A stretch of DNA of 64,000 bases. It comes from Candidatus Poribacteria bacterium. GTDB taxonomy: Bacteria > Poribacteria > WGA-4E > PCPOR2b. The position numbers were made by a program, and so were the translations under genes. This document shows, piece by piece, positions 58,952 through 64,000 of this stretch; within the stretch, counting starts at the first letter, position 1; each line of letters starts with the position of its first letter. The stretch covers positions 5,536,001 to 5,600,000 of the forward strand of contig OZ220744.1 in NCBI GenBank assembly GCA_965116925.1, given 5' to 3'. The notes beneath the pieces are model-generated. The model saw only the letters and a list, made by a program, of their open reading frames with translations. It did no database searches and was not told the origin of the DNA.

Positions 58952-59509
58952 ATGTTTGCTAGATTACTGGTATGTGTCGGGCTTGTTACGCTCTTTGGGT
59001 GTAGTAACACGAAGTATCAGTATGTGGTTCTGCGTGATGTCCCGCAGTCTCCCACTTTCGTTGTTATTCCTCCCAATCGCTATATGTATGAGATTGAGTT
59101 TGCCAATACGGTAGAGGAAATCATCATGAGTCTTGGGGTAAAAGTGGTTGATAGACCTGCAACGAAGGAGGTAACAGAGACAACAGAGAAAGGAATTGCA
59201 GGAGCGAAAGCGGAAGATAGTAAATTGATGGCAGGGGAGAGAAGTCATCAACGAGTTGAGAGCTATTTCGCGTATGAAGATCTCAAAGCCGATTATATTG
59301 TGCGTTCCTATAGTAATTCCAAACAGGTTCGGATAATCAAAAGACAGAGTGAGGAGATTTTAGCTTCCATAAATCTGAGTCATTACTCTACTCCCGTTGA
59401 TGATATAGGGAAAAGAGATTCTTATAGATACATAATCTTTGCTTTCTTGGATAACATGGGGATTCCTGTTATACAACCACCTAACCCAATGCGGGTGAAA
59501 CCTTTTTAA
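58952..59509 (+). CDS. Lipoprotein of unknown function
   Basis: GGAGG RBS; signal peptide with lipobox LFGC. Confidence 0.78.
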   Translation: MFARLLVCVGLVTLFGCSNTKYQYVVLRDVPQSPTFVVIPPNRYMYEIEFANTVEEIIMSLGVKVVDRPATKEVTETTEKGIAGAKAEDSKLMAGERSHQRVESYFAYEDLKADYIVRSYSNSKQVRIIKRQSEEILASINLSHYSTPVDDIGKRDSYRYIIFAFLDNMGIPVIQPPNPMRVKPF

Positions 59510-59522
59510 CATAATAGAACGT

Positions 59523-59581
59523 CCAAGGGGGTATATCCCCATGCCTCTCTTGTGGAGAAACTTCAAGAAATTGGGATTTGA
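59523..59581 (+). repeat. Array repeat class A, copy 3
   Basis: CCAAGGGGGTATATCCCCATGCCTCTCTTGTGGAGAAACTTCAAGAAATTGGGATTTGA. Confidence 0.75.
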
Positions 59582-59594
59582 TGAGGCTGAAAAT

Positions 59595-60347
59595 ATGATA
59601 AATCTAAAAGATAGCTGTGTCATTGATAGGTTCGTAGCACATCTGAGGAAAAATGGTTATCCGAATCTCCAGGTTGATCGACGTCCGGACGAAGAAAATC
59701 GAGTTTCTCCAGATATAGATGCAATTGCCGGTCCCTTTGCGATTGAGCATACAAGAATTGACACCCTCCCAGATCAATCTCGTAATAATGATTGGTTCGA
59801 TAAAGTAACCGGTGGTCTTGGGAAAGAACTCTCTAGCCGACTTCCGTTTCGTCTGAGTATTATACTTGAGTATAATGCTATTACTACAAATCAAGATTGG
59901 AAGGCAATTAAAAAAGCACTGAGGAAATGGATTATCAACGAATCTCCCAAACTGGTGAACGGGCACCATGTTTTTGGCAACATTCCTGATATACCTTTCA
60001 AGCTAACTGTGTTCAAAGATATTGATATGCCTCCGAAACTTGTTTTCTCTCGTTTTGACCCGAATGATAACACGCTTTCCAACCGGCTCAAGGTGTTGTG
60101 TGATAGAAAGGCAAAGAAACTCGCAAAATATCAGGGAACTAGAACAACGACGGTGCTTCTTATTGAAAACAATGATATTGCTCTTATGCACCCAATTATA
60201 ATGCGGCAGGCGATACAAAAAGCCTACCCGAATGGACTCCCTCCGGGAGTTGATAAGATCTGGTATGCGGATACAGCTGAAGTGAGAGAGATGCCCGTAA
60301 AAGCCAGTGATATTACTTTCGAGGATTTCACCCCATATCTCTGCTGA
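59595..60347 (+). CDS. Hypothetical protein, possible PD-(D/E)xK nuclease fold
   Basis: RPDEE...PDIDAIAG.FAIEHT; start moved to MINLKD. Confidence 0.7.
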   Translation: MINLKDSCVIDRFVAHLRKNGYPNLQVDRRPDEENRVSPDIDAIAGPFAIEHTRIDTLPDQSRNNDWFDKVTGGLGKELSSRLPFRLSIILEYNAITTNQDWKAIKKALRKWIINESPKLVNGHHVFGNIPDIPFKLTVFKDIDMPPKLVFSRFDPNDNTLSNRLKVLCDRKAKKLAKYQGTRTTTVLLIENNDIALMHPIIMRQAIQKAYPNGLPPGVDKIWYADTAEVREMPVKASDITFEDFTPYLC

Positions 60348-60384
60348 TTTCCTCCAGTATTTGATAATAACAACGGCTTTGCCG

Positions 60385-60452
60385 AAAGCCCCAAGGCAGG
60401 CACACATCCCCATACTTACCTTGTGGCGAAACTTCAGAAAATGGGGATTTAA
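60385..60452 (+). repeat. Array repeat class A, copy 4
   Basis: AAAGCCCCAAGGCAGGCACACATCCCCATACTTACCTTGTGGCGAAACTTCAGAAAATGGGGATTTAA. Confidence 0.8.
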
Positions 60453-60473
60453 TCTTAAAGGAGATGGTCAAAT

Positions 60474-60779
60474 ATGGATGTCTTTCATCCGAAGATGCTA
60501 ACGCGGATTGCTTTAATTTATCTGGAGGAAGCGGTCTTAGATGTTTTGTTTAAGGCGAGGCAAGACCATGAGGGTCTTCAGCCTGCGGAGATAGGTACAT
60601 TGATAGGTATTCCTTCATCTTCCCGACGTCTGACGGGCATTGCGTCTCCAATTGTTCGCGGCATTCTGGATAGGCTTGAAGTTGGAGGGTTTGTCCAGCA
60701 AAAAGAGTCGTATGGATCGTGGGAGCTTACAGTTAAGGGAATTGAAAACCAACTCGGTAAGTATCACGCAAATATCTGA
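60474..60779 (+). CDS. Small winged-helix-like protein
   Basis: AAGGAG RBS; LQPAEIG...IVRGILDRLE..G.V......WELT pattern. Confidence 0.68.
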   Translation: MDVFHPKMLTRIALIYLEEAVLDVLFKARQDHEGLQPAEIGTLIGIPSSSRRLTGIASPIVRGILDRLEVGGFVQQKESYGSWELTVKGIENQLGKYHANI

Positions 60780-60799
60780 TAACCAGCCTTATCGGATAT
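60772..60799. repeat. dif-like 11-6-11 palindromic site P3
   Basis: ATATCTGATAA-CCAGCC-TTATCGGATAT; supplies the TGA stop of the upstream ORF. Confidence 0.78.
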
Positions 60800-60846
60800 T
60801 CGGGGTGTCAATCTCCATCTAAAAATAGCACTATCACAAATAGGAG

Positions 60847-61692
60847 ATGAAGCAAATGGCAATAAAGGTAGCACTAATCAATATGAAAGGTGGGGTTGGA
60901 AAAACAACGCTTGCCGTGAATCTCGCACAGTATTTTGCTGATGCCATCGACGGAGTGGCAATAGAAGTCCTGCTAGTTGACCTTGACCCCCAGTTTAACG
61001 CAAGCCAATATATACTCGGCAAGTATAAGTATATGATGCTTAACCAAGCAAATGCACCGACAGTTCAAAACATATTTGAGGACAGTGTAACTTCATTAGA
61101 TCATAATTCAGTTATCCACAACGTTTATGAGGGCTACCATGATGAAGGATGGTATGGAAGACTGGATTTGATTCCTTCACGTTTGGAATTAGCTGATACC
61201 CTGCGCCAGCCAGCGCAGAAGGAGCATCTATTCCCGGAGTTTATATCCAAAGTAGAAAATAAATACCAGCTGATATTCTTTGATTGTCCACCAACGGAGT
61301 CATTGTTCACGACCGCGGCATATTTAGCGAGCGATTATCTGCTAGTGCCAGTCAAACCAGAATTTCTGTCTACGATTGGGCTTCCATTACTGCACCGGTC
61401 AATGGAAGATTTCCGCAAAAAATACCCGGACAGGGATCTTCAACTTGCAGGAATAGTGTTTAATGAATCTGACAACTATATTCCAGAAGCCGAGAAATCA
61501 AAAGACGAGGTGTGTGAAGTGGCAAATCGGCGAGGCTGGTACGTTTTTAAGGAGAAAATAAGTTACTCACGTTCATACGCCAAAGGACCGCGTGAGGCGG
61601 AGCCCATCTTCCGCACTTCCTACGCAAGATGGGACCGGAAAGAACAATTCCGTGACTTCGTTCATGAATTTCAATATAGAATCGGACTATGA
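60847..61692 (+). CDS. ParA/Soj-family ATPase
   Basis: KGGVGKTT deviant Walker A; DLDPQFNAS; DCPP. Confidence 0.9.
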   Translation: MKQMAIKVALINMKGGVGKTTLAVNLAQYFADAIDGVAIEVLLVDLDPQFNASQYILGKYKYMMLNQANAPTVQNIFEDSVTSLDHNSVIHNVYEGYHDEGWYGRLDLIPSRLELADTLRQPAQKEHLFPEFISKVENKYQLIFFDCPPTESLFTTAAYLASDYLLVPVKPEFLSTIGLPLLHRSMEDFRKKYPDRDLQLAGIVFNESDNYIPEAEKSKDEVCEVANRRGWYVFKEKISYSRSYAKGPREAEPIFRTSYARWDRKEQFRDFVHEFQYRIGL

Positions 61693-62216
61693 TTACACGA
61701 AAACAAAAAGAACTGTTGATGGATCTGGTGAAGTTGTTCGACAAGCACGGCACACAACCCTTTGAGGAACTTGCCGAATTACTTTCTTCGCCTGAAACTA
61801 TTGAATTATGGGTAAATTTTTTAAGGCAGAGCTCGACTGCAGCTCGGAAGGCTGGATTTGAGCAGAACGGTAAACGGAGAGGGGGACCGCGCCGCGCCGT
61901 AAAATCGGAATTGGAACGGATCAAGTCTGAGGATCCAGAGAAACATCAGGCACTCGCCTCATTCCGTGATGTGCTCCTATCCAAAACTATTTTGCCACAG
62001 CTGAAAGATGTTCGTAATTTCGCGCAAACCCGTGGCTTGCCTGCGATAACAGCTAGGAGTCGAGAACAGGCAATATTCTTGCTCCTTCAATCAATGATTG
62101 CGTTGGACACCAATGTAATTAACAAGATTATTGAGTCATTACCTTCTTCCCCCACAGAAACTGTAAACGACCTGGAGGAATGGACTAGAATCATTATGGC
62201 TGAGAAACGTAAGTAA
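61689..62216 (+). CDS. Hypothetical helical protein coupled to ParA
   Basis: ATGA overlap with the ParA gene; no ParB motif recognised. Confidence 0.75.
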   Translation: MITRKQKELLMDLVKLFDKHGTQPFEELAELLSSPETIELWVNFLRQSSTAARKAGFEQNGKRRGGPRRAVKSELERIKSEDPEKHQALASFRDVLLSKTILPQLKDVRNFAQTRGLPAITARSREQAIFLLLQSMIALDTNVINKIIESLPSSPTETVNDLEEWTRIIMAEKRK

Positions 62217-62232
62217 TTGAAATTTTACCGAT

Positions 62233-62257
62233 TTTGGCTTTAGTCTATAAAGCCAAA
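62233..62257. terminator. Perfect hairpin, possible terminator
   Basis: TTTGGCTTTA-GTCTA-TAAAGCCAAA. Confidence 0.45.
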
Positions 62258-62307
62258 GCGTTCCACGAGCAAAAGGAACTAAGCCACTTAAGGTAGAAAT
62301 GTGAAAC

Positions 62308-62335
62308 ATATCCGATAAATTAGCTTATCGGACAT
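62308..62335. repeat. dif-like 11-6-11 palindromic site P4
   Basis: ATATCCGATAA-ATTAGC-TTATCGGACAT. Confidence 0.8.
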
Positions 62336-62356
62336 TCAGCATTTATAGGAGGCGAC

Positions 62357-63034
62357 ATGGCATTAGACGAAAACACACAGATACAAACTGGGATTGAGAA
62401 AATACGAGAACTGATCGAAGGGGGCGCAGGGAACAGAATCAAACTCTCTGAAGCGGTTTCCTTAGCGCGGTCAATCGTTTATGATATACGCGGGGATAAG
62501 CATCCACTCATGGAGGATCTCTCGGTAGCTCTGAAGATGCTGCCTATGTCTGGCCCGTCTGGTTTTCATGCTGCTATTGCAGCGTGTAATAGTGTAGTAA
62601 CATTGCACGACCAAGGTGGTCTCAGCAGTCCCCGTCTGGAAATTGCTCGCGAGATAGAAGGGGATATTCTCGACATCGCCCATGAACAGATTAAAGCATC
62701 TGAGAGAAACCCTGATGCAACGCATAAGCAATTGCAACTTGGGATCGCCGCATTTCTGGGTGGGGCTGCTTTGGAGGACGCACTAAGACGATTGTGTGAT
62801 GCCAATGGTATTAGCTACAATCGACAGCGAACATCTATATCAACACTTCAAGCAGCACTTTATCAACCATCGAAGCAAATTGAGGTGATTTCCGTGTCAG
62901 ATAATAAGCAGATCACTGCGTGGGGTGATACGCGGAACAAAGCTGACCACGGACGATTTAGCGAAATTGCCTACTCAGAAGTTTTACCGATGGTCATTGG
63001 TGTGCGGGGATTTATAGATAAGCATCTTCCATAG
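62357..63034 (+). CDS. HEPN-domain (DUF4145-like) protein
   Basis: AGGAGG RBS; GAALEDALRRLC and RNKADH (RxxxxH). Confidence 0.8.
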   Translation: MALDENTQIQTGIEKIRELIEGGAGNRIKLSEAVSLARSIVYDIRGDKHPLMEDLSVALKMLPMSGPSGFHAAIAACNSVVTLHDQGGLSSPRLEIAREIEGDILDIAHEQIKASERNPDATHKQLQLGIAAFLGGAALEDALRRLCDANGISYNRQRTSISTLQAALYQPSKQIEVISVSDNKQITAWGDTRNKADHGRFSEIAYSEVLPMVIGVRGFIDKHLP

Positions 63035-63050
63035 AATCTATTTTGAGAAC

Positions 63051-63079
63051 ATGTCCGATAATAAGATGTTATCAGACAT
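63051..63079. repeat. dif-like palindromic site P5 (7-nt spacer)
   Basis: ATGTCCGATAA-TAAGATG-TTATCAGACAT; an additional left arm ATGTCCGATAA lies at 63158-63168. Confidence 0.72.
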
Positions 63080-63267
63080 TTTAAGCGGTTTTCAGGGAAA
63101 ATCGAAAATCTTGACATAGTAAATACGCGGGTTTTGCCAGTCTCGATAAGCAAAAAAATGTCCGATAACCTTACCCGATTCAACTGCATGGACTGACGCC
63201 AGAAGCAAAAAAAGAGTCGATAGAAGTCATTTTCAATGAGCAACGCACCAAGAATAAGGAGAACATA

Positions 63268-64000
63268 ATGAATGACACAGGCTATACCAATCCACAACTG
63301 CTGATTTCCGCTGAAGAGTTGATGGGCAAACTCGACGACGGTTCAATCTGCCTTGTGGATGTCCGACCGACGCATGAATATGTCGCGGGACATATCCCCG
63401 GTGCTATCCATCTTGATCTATTCGCAATCAGCCTCAGCGACACGAGCGAACAGGTGTTCGACGCGTTTATGTGGACGATTGCGTACCTCTTTAAGGACCG
63501 TGGAATTGACCCGACCAAGACAATCGTATGGTACGAGAACGAATCTGGCGTTAAGGCAGCGCGCGGATTCTGGTTCTGCGAGTATCTGGGGCATGAGGAT
63601 GTCCGGGTGTTGGACGGTGGACTCAGTGCTTGGTCTGCGGCGGGTGGAGAGGTCAGCACTGACGCCGTAGCACCAGACGAGGTAGCACAATTCTCGACCG
63701 ACTCAAAAGCAGATGCCCACATGGATGCGGAGACCATCCACGGGTTACTCGATGCCGGTGATTTTGCTGTCCTCGACACGCGCGCCGCTGCCGAACATTA
63801 CGGAGATGTCGCACGTTCCGCACGGGGCGGTGCTATCCCCGGTTCCGTCCATATCGAATGGATGAACAATCTGGACGAAAACGGTATGTTCAGACCTGCC
63901 GCAGAACTTCGTGAACTCTACGAATCCGCAGGGATTACGCCGGAGAAGCGCGTCATGTCCTACTGACAGGGCGGATACCGCTCTTCCCACAGCTATCTGG
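63268..64000 (+). CDS. Tandem-rhodanese sulfurtransferase, probably selenocysteine-containing (continues past the window)
   Basis: GHIPGA, VLDGG, DTR, GAIPGS; the in-frame TGA at 63964 reads Y-[TGA]-QGGYRSSHSYL, the catalytic loop. Confidence 0.88.

Noticed and set aside
60847..61692. Chromosomal parAB locus or prophage/plasmid replicon
   Set aside because: No ParB, parS, rep or phage structural genes nearby.
57300..63168. CRISPR array or classical integron
   Set aside because: The repeats are separated by whole genes, not 30-40-nt spacers; no cas or intI gene; the repeats lack consistent RYYYAAC/GTTRRRY ends.

Overview
Bacterial chromosomal window. The gene repertoire (many Gfo/Idh/MocA, NAD-epimerase, CBM9/DUF5916, CocE and PhyH-type genes) and the dense intergenic REP/MITE repeats resemble Candidatus Poribacteria; this is an inference, not verified. 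From left to right: (1) a small defence cluster (SBD-HNH nuclease, type II-like REase, beta-class MTase; 0.6-3.4 kb); (2) carbohydrate/small-molecule catabolic genes; (3) a 2-oxoacid/acetoin dehydrogenase E1a-E1b-E2 operon whose E2 has three tandem subunit-binding domains; (4) a housekeeping nadD-yacG-yqeK-(HTTM)-rsfS-argS cluster; (5) a surface-glycan cluster (wbpB/wbpD/DegT/asnB-like genes, methyltransferase, sulfotransferase, GT-C-like protein, flippase); (6) queC, a GT9 gene, a DnaJ-TPR gene and a phosphofructokinase homologue lacking its catalytic motifs; (7) phnY/phnZ-like genes separated by a promoter-driven ~180-nt structured ncRNA candidate; (8) tRNA-Asp-Val-Asp and serS; (9) a ~7-kb same-strand array of short toxin-antitoxin/nuclease/defence-like genes (56.2-63.1 kb); and (10) a sulfurtransferase with an in-frame TGA at the catalytic Cys position (probable selenoprotein). 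The array is the best candidate for an undescribed system. Its genes are separated by two interleaved repeat classes: symmetric dif-like 11-6-11 palindromes (ATRTCCGATAA-N6-TTATCGGAYAT) and repeated copies of an orphan gene 3' tail. No integrase, CRISPR array or rRNA gene is visible. All protein calls come from motif recognition by eye; no database search was run.
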